From contig NKIB01000285.1 of assembly GCA_002256025.1 (NCBI GenBank), positions 1 through 33,861 of the forward strand: a DNA stretch of 33,861 nt, written 5' to 3'. This stretch comes from Asterionella formosa (taxonomy: Eukaryota). This document shows, piece after piece, positions 11,051 through 23,111 of this stretch; within the stretch, counting starts at the first letter, position 1; every line of letters begins with the position of its first letter. Under the pieces are notes generated by a model that was given only the letters and a program-made list of their open reading frames with translations, searched no databases and was not told the origin of the DNA. The position numbers and the translations under genes were made by a program.

Positions 11051-12258
11051 GTATTCTTGCTGTGGAAGCAAGGGCAGGAGCTTAGTAGGGATGAGGATGA
11101 TAGTGCAGTGGTGTGGATGGGCGCAATCACTTAATGTGGCTGAATGCATTTGTGTGTGATTGTGACATAAATACTGGATGCAAAAATTCTTAAAAAATAA
11201 TTTTGCGAAAACCAAATGGGGTAAACCATACTTATCATGATGGTATATAAAATTATATACAATTTATAGATGAAAATTTAAGTACTGCTGTGACCCATTG
11301 CCAGCAAATTTTGTCCACATAAAAGGGTTCGCATCTCAGTACCTCAACCTTCAATGAGAACATTGACAGATCCATAGCCTGCAGACTCCTTTGGTTAACA
11401 AGACCTGGAAGTTTGATTCTTGCAAATAATAGGTTTAGTCGAACTAATCAAACGAAAAGCAGAACTCATTGGGTAACAGCAGTTCTCTGGTAGGTACCCT
11501 GGCACCAGGGTACCTGCAAGTTGCGGTAAATTTGCTGAAACTAAAGATTTAGCTTTGTTAATCCCAGATTAAAATGTTAGTTCAAGCAAAATGACAGCAA
11601 CTTGCTGGTACCAGGTACCAGTACTCCGAATACATACACCTGATATGGGCAATACGTCAGGAGATACCAGTAAATCAGCCAAATCCCTCAACAAAGCAAC
11701 GGCAGACGATCAAACACATCCACGATCACGATCATCCCACGGTTTATGCATGCATACGACCTAGTTCATGTCATCCTGGTACTCCGTGTACCTGGTAATG
11801 GTACCAGTATGTACTCTGTACTACCCGTATTGATTTCAGTATTTTGAGAAGAAAAAATCAAGCAGAGGAGTTCATCATTATTTTCAAACAAGCAAAACTC
11901 CCAAATACTCCTCGCTGCCGGTGCCAGTGTGCGTGCGTACTGGTAGTACCGGTATACCGGCAGTCAATAGTCAATAGAAAGGTCCAAGTCGTTGATCGAA
12001 CAAGGAAGCATCAGCCATCAAGCCTCTGAAACCTTCCATTGCTGAAGTTCACAGTTGTTTTAGTTGGTACGTATTTGTTACTGGCACCAATGTACCTGGT
12101 AATTCGTCGCATACACTTTTGAGTATACCGTTATAGATGTGTGATGAGCATTTTGCAATAGCAACAGTCGTGCGAGTTTATTGTTGACCCGTTTCTTTGT
12201 GTTAGAGCATTTTCAGGTGACGCTCTTATTGCATTTCTATCTTTGATAGACCCAAACA

Positions 12259-14731
12259 ATGACGCTCCAAGAGCGAAGTGCGACGAAAAGAATTGAGGCC
12301 GCAGGAACACCATCAAAAAATATTTTTAAAAACGAGCCTTCCAGGGGACTGAATGTAACGCCTCTAAGGAATTATTTCACTCGCAAGTCATCGAAACAAG
12401 TCCGCACCAATGATGTAAGTTACCTTATTAGTAAACATGGAGGGCATCTTGGTAGATCAAACTCCATGCATTCGGGTTTGGTCACAATCACATTCAAATC
12501 ATTACTCTCACAAACTTTAGCTGCCTTTCGAGGACGGAGCGGTCGGGGCCGTTTCCCTTTGGGGGTTCATTTATTGCTGCATCTCTTTGACTGTTCCACT
12601 TGCATATATTTATATTTTGCTGATACTGTTGAGAGAGCTCTGTATGTACTTTCCTCAATCTATTTACGCAGGGATCAAATCCTATTTGCCATGGTTGGCA
12701 ACCGTGGTGGCTACAATGGCACAGTCTTCATTGCTTGTCGAAATCTGGTGCGTCGTTGAAGCAATATTTTTCGTCGGACTTAAGCTTCAAATTAGATATT
12801 TGCAACGAAAAGATCCTCTTGAAGCAAGCCTCAGTTCGGCACCGATGATGGAGTTGGTAGATCGACAAATCCTATGGGGACGGATGATGGCATCAGAATC
12901 CAAGGACCCCGTTGAATTTATCTCTGGCTGGTTTTTTGACGAGCCATTGGAAAAGATCAGCAAATATGATGTTCGAGACTTTGTAGCTTGGAGCATGTTT
13001 GAAGGGCGAAATCAAGAGCATTTGACAGGGGAGGAACTACAACAAGTAGACGAATTTGTGGAAGACTTTGAATATCGACTCAGTGTTCATTTGCACGGTC
13101 TATTGAAAGAAGATGGAATGGACGAGAAAGAGAATATTAATGCCAACCCAGAACTAAATTTATCTAGAAGCACACAAAACGATATCGATTGGAAGGAATT
13201 GGCAGTAATGAATCGACCCCTGCCTAAGGAAATCTTTCGATTTCACGAGAGTACAACTGACGAGCAGCCCAATTTTTTCTCAAACCTTTATGAAAATTAC
13301 AAACAGCACTATGAGCAATATCGAAGCATGCTCGAGAATGCTGATTTTCATCCTGTGCAAGACTTTCGAAATTTTATGGCGGAAGCAGAAGAGAATGCAT
13401 TGGCAACAGCCAGCCAAATGTACGAAAACGCGTATCACAGCTTGATTACACCAGGTTCCAGCATGGATAAGCAGTTGGCTGCATTGTCTCATGCGACGCA
13501 AGTACAATTGACTGAAGCATGGAACTCAGTGAAAGGCATGCGAAAACGTCTGGAAACCGCAGAATTTCTATCGACGCAACGAAAGCGACTACGACAGCAG
13601 CTAAAAGGATACCGTGTTTTACTCAATCGAATGAGAAGCATGTCATCTTCTGTTCCATCAAAGCAAATGGCCAACTTAATGCGAAAAATAACAGATTGTA
13701 ATGATGCCATGCAGAATATTGAAAATCGAGCAATGGATGCATTTGCCGAAGCCACTGGATATGCTCGCAAAAGCTTGATGCCGACTCAGGAACCTCAACA
13801 CTACGCAAAATACTCCTCTGATCCATTATTGGGGGTTGTAACATATCCCTTGGGTTTACATTTATTTATTTTGGGGGCTACTGAAATCCCTCTTCGTATC
13901 CTGATGCACCGGCGCAGTTTCACGCGCCTGGTAGTTGGAAAAGTCGCCTATTATTTTAACCCAGGGCAACAACACGATGATGACAATGATGAGGAAAAAA
14001 TACCTATTGTGTTTGTTCATGGTATTGGTATCGGACTCATTGCCTATATACCTTTAATTGACCAGATGCTCCAGTCTGGGCGACCAATGCTTCTTCCAGA
14101 AATACCATATGTTTCAGGATTTCGTCCCTTTCAATCTCCCAACTCCGTCTTATCTCCTGCGGTTGTTTCCAGCACCATGACGGACATGCTCGCAACACAT
14201 GGTTACTTGAGAGGGACATTTGTGGGCCATTCATATGGAAGTGTTTGGTTGTCATACATGCTGAAGTATGCACCAAATGCGATTGGTGCTGTCATTTTTC
14301 TTGACCCCATTTGCTTCTGTTTGCATGTTCCTCGATTGACAAAACAGTTTGTCTATCATCGGCCTGATCCTGGTACTGCCTCTTTCATGGTTCGAACTGA
14401 TGTGATCATCAACTGGACTATTCAACGCAGTTTCCCCTGGTCATGGATTGTCCTCTTTCATGAGCAGATCCACGTTCCCTGCAGTATCTTCTTAAGTGAA
14501 CGAGACATGCTGGTTCCTGCAACTAAGGTTGAAGCATACTTTCAGTCAAAAGGTGCCCCTATCAAGGATTTCTCCGATGTGACACGGAATCACTTTGAAG
14601 ATTGTGCAACAAATGTGACAGTTTTTCGAGGTGATGGCCATGGGGGTTGGTGTGAAAGGCCATTTTCAACAAGTCCAGTAATTGCTGAGTGTGTTGAAGT
14701 GCTTTGTCGCCGTGCTGAACAAGGATCATAG
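12259..14731 (+). CDS. Alpha/beta hydrolase fold protein, 2 exons (12259-12414, 12521-14731), about 788 aa
   Basis: Phase-0 intron 12415-12520 GTAAGT...TTTAG joins ORF 12259 to the long frame; PIVFVHGIGIG, nucleophile elbow GHSYGS, FLDPICF, distal GHGG; N-terminal hydrophobic segments. Confidence 0.88.
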
Positions 14732-15049
14732 ACACGACATGATTGTCAAATTAATAGCTTAATGCGTGATTGCTTGAATTCTGGTTCCTATTTTTGCCAC
14801 ATGATTATAGTCTAGTCTTCTGGTAGTCCATTCTATTTCACATAACAAATAATTATATGTTCCTTGCAAGCTTATGGTTGCCTCCTACTTGATGAGATCA
14901 CGCATCACCCTCATCTTTCTATTCCATCAAATTTGCTTGGAAATGTACTTGAACATGCTGATTAAGGCACCAGCTTTGTATCTACACAAGGCTTATAGTT
15001 CTATACTGAGAGTTCTTTAAACATTATTTTTAAAGTTACGATGAATTTT

Positions 15050-15900
15050 TTATCTGTGGTAAGTTATCCAATCCAAAGTGGACGTTCTTTTGCAAGTTTT
15101 CTGCATCACTGGTTGGTTGGCACCACCAGAATGTGCCAGCAAGAAATACCAAAACTCAAGAATGCGCCAGCAAGAAATACCAAAACTCCAAAACCAGATG
15201 ATGCTTCTACAATGAAAAAACCTGCTTTGATTCCAAATCACTTGGTCCCAATGTCTTGCTACTTTCCTCATCACTACCAGGAATTGGATCTACTTTGATG
15301 TCAATATAGACTTCAGTAGTTGGAGCAAAGGAAGAACTAATGGTAGATGATGGAAGGAAAGTGTTAGGTGCTCCAGAGGTAACGACTGTAGATGCTCCAG
15401 AGGGAGAGACAGTAGGTGCTCCAGAGGGAAAACAGTAGATGGTCCAGAGGGAAAGGAAGTTGCTTGCCTTTACCATATGCATTCACAAGTACCGTACTAA
15501 ATGGTTAGTTGGGAACAAAAGTCTTGCTCTGTGGCAAGGGAAAAATCCGGTCCTCTCCAGTTGTTCCCCACGAACAGGTGTCATTTTCCCACCGGCAAGG
15601 AATTGCTGTGAAGTAGGCTAGTGTGTCGCAATATAGTTTGTTCTTGGCATTCGGGGAGCATATCACCAATTGACCTCATAGATCAGGGTTCATGTCCTCA
15701 GGAAATCCACAATAGGGTGCGATGCTCACCAACTGCCGCAGATGGGCTTTATCATTATGAATGCCAGGAGATCTAAAAGCTCCTGCATTGGCCTTAGATG
15801 TGAAACAGGAAACTGGCATCCCAAGTAAGTGTACAAAGACCAAAACAGGAGAAATCAAAATTCGTGGCAAGATTATGTGATGAGGATGACAAAGTTAAGT
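15050..15900 (-). pseudogene. Decayed secreted/membrane protein with Cys-rich region, PSxAPT stalk and C-terminal hydrophobic segment
   Basis: Hydrophobic N-terminus, Cys-rich stretch with in-frame stops, PSGAPTVSPSGAST repeats, then GFGVLVFLAGAFLSFGISCW in another frame. Confidence 0.55.
15365..15459. repeat. 24-bp tandem repeat, 4 copies (third copy 23 bp)
   Basis: tag(g/a)tgctccagagg core repeated; encodes the PSGAPT repeats on the minus strand. Confidence 0.85.
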
Positions 15901-16611
15901 GAATGGAGTACAATATTTGTGAAATTGTGAGCTTCCAATGAGATCTGAAAGGACCTCGATTACATCATTGAAACAGGTCTACAGATGAAAATGGCGGCAG
16001 TTTCAATTCTCCATTCCATTCCATCAAAGATTATTTCATGAAAGTAACAACTGCTTGAAATAGTCAGATTGAGAGAGTCATTCGAACAGAATTATACAAC
16101 AGCAGACTTTGTCTACATTCACCTGTAAGAATATGTCTGTTAGGCTGTTGATGTTGACAGGTGTGCGAAGACTAAATGTAGTCTGACAAATGTCTAAACG
16201 GAAATAGACATTATATACATAGCAGAATAATATGCAAACAAGTGGCTCCAGAAAGATCTTAAGTGGTCATTCCAGCTAGGACAAAGCGCCATAAATTTCA
16301 ACATTCACCGTCCTTTTATTGATATCATGCATCGGCTTGAGAATGTTTGCTTGCGGTTGCTTTTTATGCACATAAGTAATAATGCAAAATGATTTAAGGT
16401 TGCAGCCCTGCAGTTACAGTAAGTCTGTTTTTTTCCAAAATAATTTTAGGATGGACTTAAAATGTAAACCGTGTGTACAGCTAAATAAAAAACCCGGTAG
16501 TTAAAGGAAAAATAATTTTTCACCAATACGACCACTTTGCAAATGCTTAGATACAGTCATTGCTCGACTTAGGGGTATGATCTATATTCAGCTATGGTAA
16601 GGTCCTCATTC

Positions 16612-16715
16612 CTGGAGAGAAGTGGCAGCTATCCCCCTAGGACTCATAACTATCCCAAGAAGATGCTACGAAGCTTTAAAAAAATCTACGAAGGATAAAT
16701 GCCACTTCTCTCCAG
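16612..16715. repeat. Inverted repeat, 16-bp perfect arms
   Basis: ctggagagaagtggca (16612-16627) and tgccacttctctccag (16700-16715), extendable imperfectly to about 25 bp. Confidence 0.8.
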
Positions 16716-16954
16716 AATTTAACTGCTGACGTTATAGAGTACAGGGCTATCTATTTTATTCTTCATGAAATCCCGTAGATAAAGAGCAATCTGACTCCAA
16801 AAAGTCGACCTTATTGGCTTTTTCAACAGTCGCCAAAATATTGGAATCGGAATTTGTACATGCATAAACGTTCTTGTATTGCTTAGGTATTTTTGCTGAC
16901 TATTTCTCTGTCCGAAAAGTTTCCAGGTTAAGTTCCCGCATCACTACACATATT

Positions 16955-17046
16955 CTGATTAGTTGAATTGAATTCACTCACCTGCTCCAGATTTGCTGAA
17001 CTGATTGGTTGAATTGATTTTAATCACCTGCTCCAGATTCACTGAA
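16955..17046. repeat. 46-bp tandem duplication
   Basis: ctgatt(a/g)gttgaattga...cacctgctccagatt..ctgaa starting at 16955 and 17001. Confidence 0.85.
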
Positions 17047-18754
17047 GTATCCCGGTTTTGTAAAATCACACCAGCCACACTTGAACCACATGTATTCGAT
17101 GTACTGCTTACTGATATGCTAAACAATCTGCACTACCAGGTACTGTATAGGTAGTTTCATCCTGTCTTCAATCATCATGAGACAGGATTATGTACCTGGT
17201 ACCAGTGAAAAACAGCATTGAACCACTGCTGGAAAAATTTCGAACTGTGTTGGCCCACTGATAGTATTGAAAAACACGTTTTGTCATAAAAAATCATTCA
17301 TTTTCTATTTCTTAAGCTCCAGAATGTATCTTGAGCATATAGCGGATGGAGTCATACTGTTAGTTCTCAGCCGATTGGACGTCGATCTTTCGTTAATTTA
17401 GGTCAAAAGTGGTGACCCCAAAAAAGTGAAAAGCACGGATTATCCGAAGTTTGGAGTTCTCATCTTATATTGTGTACAGCGATAAGAATAAATTTCTCGC
17501 ATTTTATGTCAATTCTGTAAATAAAAATTCATGAAACCCGGTGCGGCCATGTAATACCGGAATCTGTGTAGGCAGACCATCATAAGCACCTGGTACGACC
17601 TACCTATGCGTACAAAAGTGGTACATCTAATGGTACTGGTACCGTTTTTATGTGTGGAGCATCAAGCATTTCTTTATATCTTTTCGCTTTGACCCAAACA
17701 GGATAATCTGTGTTCACCAACGAATATATGGTAAAATTTTCATATACTGCAATGACCCACTGAGACTGAATTTTACGTCTAGATGAATATAGATATCTTC
17801 TGAACCAGTTGCTCAATTTAACTAGGCACAGGATGCTAATGTACCGACGCCTTAAGACATCAATACTTCCGAACAAATTTCAGAGACAGGCGAGCTAAGT
17901 GTTAGTCGAGTTAATCAAACGAATGGGATAAAACAGTGGGTCAATGCGGTTTTTCGTTGTAGTTTATATACTGGTTCTCCGGAACAGATATATATATATA
18001 TACCGGTATATGCCGTTGGGCGTAGAGTGGTATTGAAACTCCATACAGCGACGTGAATTTAATATAAACGTTAACATGACATCACCTCAGTTTTCCCGGG
18101 CAAAGTACCAGGAATCTGTGTACCTCCACCGGACAATTGTCCGGTATGCATTTGAGCAAATGATCAAACCACTGTTGATCATCAACACGAACACGGTGAA
18201 GCTAGTGATTTTCGGTTGAAGTTATAGTGAAGATCACCTTCATGGCGTTTTCCAGCAGGACAACTATCCAGTACCTGCCTGGTTTAGATCGTAGAAGCAT
18301 CCTACCAAAGTCTAAATTAATTTATGGATACCTGTGTTGTGTGCACGGATAAGTTTTTCGTGAGTTCAAGTGTGTTCAAAAGAATTTTGATGCATGCATC
18401 ACGATCAACACACTTACACACACCATGGCGTCATTGTTCCATCATTTCATTGCTGCAAGACTTGATTGCTTCCCACATGAATCATCCACTTGGCGAATGC
18501 TTATTGCGCTTGGTATACATTGCAGGAAGTCATCGAATAGTTGATGCTGGTTGAAATGCACATGCTAAGCAAGTTAAGTAGTAAAGCATATTTGATAATA
18601 TAAATATGATTTTTTTATTTGCTACTACTACTATATTATATGCTTTGGTTAAAAATCTTTCCCTTCCATCCATCATTCTCACAGAAATTGGCAATACTCA
18701 GCAGAACCTGTTTGATGTTTGACAGCTTATCTTTCCAACCTTCCTTCTTCGAAC

Positions 18755-19840
18755 AAGACTCAACTCAAGTAGAATTTGATTTTAATGATTCTGTCAGCAA
18801 ACCCAAATATATTTTCACTTTCCATATGTGTTAATATCCTTTGTCATGATTAAAAGAATCAACAACTCAATACCAGCAGCTATGTTAGTTTTCGTTTTAA
18901 CAAGTGGATGCGAATCAAATTGTAATACATTTCTCGACTTGAACTGGCTGTCAGTGGACCAAGCAACACCATATGTCGGTTTCAAATTCATGAAGTAATA
19001 AAGTTCGTCATGATGATGAAATGATCCTACAAATCAAAAAGGATAGTATGTTTTAAAATCCACTATTTGCAGGCAAGTCTTTCATTGTGCTCAACAAAAC
19101 AAAATATTCGCAGTTTAAATTATTCGACAAATAATTGAATTGCTTCATTGATTTGAACTTGCAGCAGACCCAAACCGAGTATCACTTTCAATATGAATCA
19201 TTAGCTTTCATGATATGACCCTTGATTTTCCAACACAACAATGCTGTTTTAAACCTAGTTGACGCAGACCTAATTACTATATCCATGATATATGACCCTT
19301 GATTATCCAACACAACAAAGCTATTATCATCTAATTAGTTTTTGGTTCAACTCTCAGTAGACCCAAATCGTTTCTTGCTTTTCGTATGCATCATCTCTAG
19401 TTATTATCATATAATGATAGATTATCCTGTACAACAAATAGTATGTGTGCACTTTTCGAGCAAGTTGACACAAATCTGACCGAACTTTTTGTTTTCGATT
19501 GAATGCTCACTGGATCCAAATTGAATTTCTCTTTCCATGTGAACAATTATTCTTTGTTGTGACAATTCCTTGCCAAGCAAAGCTCGACTCAAGTAGAATT
19601 GATTGATTACACAAACTGTCAGCTAACCCCAAATTATTTTTTCCTTGTTTACTTCCAGACCATAAGAATTATTATTATTCATCATGACCATAGATTTTCT
19701 TCAACAACTCAAAACATAACAAGCAATGCTGGTCCTTGGTTCATACAAGTTGTTCTTCATGATGACCTAATTACCTAACAAGTTAAAACAGTAAATTTGT
19801 ACTTTTTGGTTCCACTTAAATCTTGGTTCCACTTAAATCT
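18755..19840. repeat. Degenerate AT-rich repeat array, units of about 90-210 bp
   Basis: Recurring cag(c/t)agacccaaat..tttc..tatg motif near 18792, 18949, 19160, 19263, 19352, 19505, 19617; actcaagtagaatt twice; atatgacccttgatt.tccaacacaacaa twice; perfect 17-bp duplication at 19806-19839. Confidence 0.6.
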
Positions 19841-20842
19841 TAGCATGCCAAAATTGTTCGATCTGAATTGCTATTTATTGTCATGATGTGAGATCACATC
19901 CAACACCACCTCGAAATTGCATGACATTGGCACTGCTAGCTAACTCAAAATCGTACCAGTAGTCAAATGGTGCATTGAGTGTACTATGTATACCGGGTTA
20001 ACCGTACAAATCCATGCACGTTTTCATACACCCATTATGCATTTTTTAATTTGTTGTCGTATTTCGAAATCAAGTATGGCGTACGAACGGATTCTGGATT
20101 CCGTCCTGTGGTACACTCGTGTGTAGAATTTATTGTATGTAGCCTGTTCATATCTCACCTGCATAAATGTCGAAGTGTCCAGTAAAACTGAAATTCAACT
20201 CATCATTTCTTTTGTTTGAACAAGAAGAACCATCCGCAAACCATATTGGCATCGAGCAAAATTATGTCTACATACAGCAACATAGAGATAATGAAGACAT
20301 TGAAATTTCATTTTGGTTTGTTTAAAATGGAACTCTATCAATCTGGCGCCGATTCCTATTTAATTCAAATATTCAAATGGACACTCAAATCATGGGAATT
20401 CATAGAAGCAAACTCCTTGTTCCCTACCGCTTTTACAACCCTAACAGTTTTTTCTGTAAACTACCGGTAGGGCCGGGGCCCCAACTAAATATTGATGTGT
20501 TCGATATATTGATAGATTCATGTGTATGCATATGTAAAACATACATGTATATGTGTATATTACACTACTATTTGTTTTGCTGTGGTACTCATACCAGGTA
20601 CCTGATTGTAGCACAGTGGCATACCGGTAATTGCGTACAAAACGTAGACTCTAACGGTGAGCTCTGTCCTTTATAGAGCCAAATTTGTTTTTTCACTGAC
20701 TGTGACTATCATACTTATACCTCTGTGCATACTGGCATGTACTCTACGCTTCATACGCCTGTGAGCTGATGTCGACCGAGCACATTGCTCAGCGTCGTTT
20801 CTTATTTCAACCATTGCGACAACGATTTCTACAATCGGGGCC

Positions 20843-22924
20843 ATGAACCGGCGCATCGCTAGAGGAACTACCGGTAGCTTGCCGATGCTGCCACAACAAG
20901 TTAATGCTGAGCTGCTGGCTGCTACCAACAGGAAATCTACATGGGCCACAACAGCTTGCAAAGTTTTGTTCATTTTCGCTTTTGGGTTTGCGTGGTATGT
21001 GAGTGACCCACGCAGTTGGGAACTGCAAGTGGACCCTTATCCTCTCAGCACATCGCTTGCGATTACCGGTAGTTCCAAGAACAGGCTTATCAAATCCAAT
21101 GCGATTAGTAGTATTGATTCCATGAGTGAGAGTAGGCGCTCCATGCTGTCCGCCACAACTCTCCTCCCTTCCCTAATACCCCAACCTTTTGCTGACAATC
21201 GCTACGTAGAGAGATCCTTGGACGACTATCATGACCTTTGCGTTGTTGGAGCTGGATTGTCAGGAACTGTAATTGCCGAACGATATGCCAATGTTCGGAA
21301 CCAGACGTCCCTTGTCATTGAACGCAGAGACCATATTGCTGGAAACTGCTATGACTACATAGATGAAGAAACGGGCATTCGAGTTTCCAAGTATGGTGCT
21401 CATTTGTTCCACACGTACTTTGAACGTGTCTGGGATTATGTCCAAAAATTTAGCGATTGGACCAAATATGAGCACGAAGTGGTTGCTCTCGTGGATGGCA
21501 AGCATGTTCCTGTCCCAGTCAATATTGATACTGTCAATTCCTTGTTCGGTCTCAGTATTGACAGTGAGTCAAAAATGGATGAATGGCTCAAGAAAGAGCA
21601 AGTAAAGTTTGACATCCCGAAGAACTCTGAAGAAATGGCCTTGTCTCGAGTTGGTCAGCGTCTATATAGACTTATTTTTCATCCTTACACCATCAAGCAG
21701 TGGGCCAAGGAACCCAAAGAGTTAGGACCAGAAGTGACCGCCCGAATTCCTGTTCGAAACAATCGAGATAGCCGCTACTTTTCAGATCCTCACCAGGCCC
21801 TTCCCAAAAATGGGTACACTGCTATTTTCGAAAAGATGATGGACAACCCTCTCATTACTTTAAAGACTAATACCGACTTTTTCGAAGTTCGGGAGCGCCT
21901 TCGATGTGGAAAAATTTATTACACAGGACCTATCGATCGTTATTTTGCCGATTTGGGATGGAACAAGCTAGAATACCGATCGTTAGATTTTGGTCGCCAA
22001 GTTATCAAGAATATTGATTTCTTCCAGCCAAAGGGTGTGGTCAATCATCCCAATGCAACGACAAACTACACACGTATTGTTGAATACAAGCACTTTTTAA
22101 ATCAAACTTCGGATCATACAATATTGTTCTTCGAATATAGCAAAGATGACGGAGAGCCTTATTACCCAGTGCCTAACCCAGAAAATGAGAATTTGTTCAA
22201 AAAGTACCAGGCGATGGCAGACATGGAGCGCGGTGTAACCTTCGCAGGGCGACTTGCCAATTACAAGTACTTCAACATGGATCAGACTATTGAAAACGCT
22301 TTAAGTTTGTTCGAGAAGGACACCCAGTCGCTGGATTTGATAGTCAGCTATTGTGAAGGGGATGATTTGAACTGGATTAAAGAGTGGCACGTCAAGTTAA
22401 AAATCAGTCATACATACGTTTATGCATCATGCGAGGCGCCTTCTGTTGAAGCTGACCAAATCGCGAAAGCATTTACACGCGCTCTCAATATGAAAACTGC
22501 CATCGCCAGTGGTGCGCAAGGCAATGAAGATTCAAAAGAAGGCTTACACGATTCAATCCCGTTTGAAAAAGCCAACAAAATAATGAAGGACGGTATCCAA
22601 CCTGTTGTCGATCATGGAAGTGCCGACTCAATCACTCTTCACTTTTTGCGAAAAGATATTGAATTTGGCTCACAGTCAGTCTTCGTACAGGGAAATACGA
22701 AGATGACTGCTGAAATTGTACAAAACTCTGTGAAGGAAATTGAGGAATGGACAGTCTTCATCGACTTCGCCAAGCTCCCCTTCAAGGGTTGCGAAACCAG
22801 CAAGTGTGATCGCAATTTCAATCCAGAGGTTGGCAGTGACTTTTATGTTACACAAGAGGCAATAAAACGGTATTTGAGTGTCAACCTTGAAGAATTAAGG
22901 AGACGTGGGGCGGCACAGGAGTAG
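20843..22924 (+). CDS. glf: UDP-galactopyranose mutase (prokaryotic-type) with N-terminal membrane anchor and C-terminal DUF3431-like domain, 693 aa, intronless
   Basis: VVGAGLSG, IERRDHIAGNCYD, YGAHLFHT, YTIKQW, RIPVR, YTGPID, LEYRSL, YTRIVEYKHF, EPYYPVP, GRLANYKYFNMDQ. Confidence 0.93.
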   Translation: MNRRIARGTTGSLPMLPQQVNAELLAATNRKSTWATTACKVLFIFAFGFAWYVSDPRSWELQVDPYPLSTSLAITGSSKNRLIKSNAISSIDSMSESRRSMLSATTLLPSLIPQPFADNRYVERSLDDYHDLCVVGAGLSGTVIAERYANVRNQTSLVIERRDHIAGNCYDYIDEETGIRVSKYGAHLFHTYFERVWDYVQKFSDWTKYEHEVVALVDGKHVPVPVNIDTVNSLFGLSIDSESKMDEWLKKEQVKFDIPKNSEEMALSRVGQRLYRLIFHPYTIKQWAKEPKELGPEVTARIPVRNNRDSRYFSDPHQALPKNGYTAIFEKMMDNPLITLKTNTDFFEVRERLRCGKIYYTGPIDRYFADLGWNKLEYRSLDFGRQVIKNIDFFQPKGVVNHPNATTNYTRIVEYKHFLNQTSDHTILFFEYSKDDGEPYYPVPNPENENLFKKYQAMADMERGVTFAGRLANYKYFNMDQTIENALSLFEKDTQSLDLIVSYCEGDDLNWIKEWHVKLKISHTYVYASCEAPSVEADQIAKAFTRALNMKTAIASGAQGNEDSKEGLHDSIPFEKANKIMKDGIQPVVDHGSADSITLHFLRKDIEFGSQSVFVQGNTKMTAEIVQNSVKEIEEWTVFIDFAKLPFKGCETSKCDRNFNPEVGSDFYVTQEAIKRYLSVNLEELRRRGAAQE

Positions 22925-23111
22925 GCATTTGTGAGTAAGCAATTGAACTTCAAATGTGCACGCACTTTTGAAAACAAATGTAGCTTCTAGCTAGAAAATA
23001 TGCTTACGACACAAAGTTTTGAAAGGCGAGAAGGAGGTTCGGCTAGCAACAAAATCCTCCGGTGTATACACCCTTGCATTGCAGAAATGAACAGACACAG
23101 AATTTTTACTG

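Noticed and set aside
12437..12451. Alternative mini first exon ATGGAGGGCATCTTG for the hydrolase
   Set aside because: In phase, but its donor GTAGAT is weak compared with the consensus GTAAGT at 12415
18755..19840. CRISPR-like array
   Set aside because: Repeats are degenerate and irregularly spaced, the context is eukaryotic and no cas genes are present
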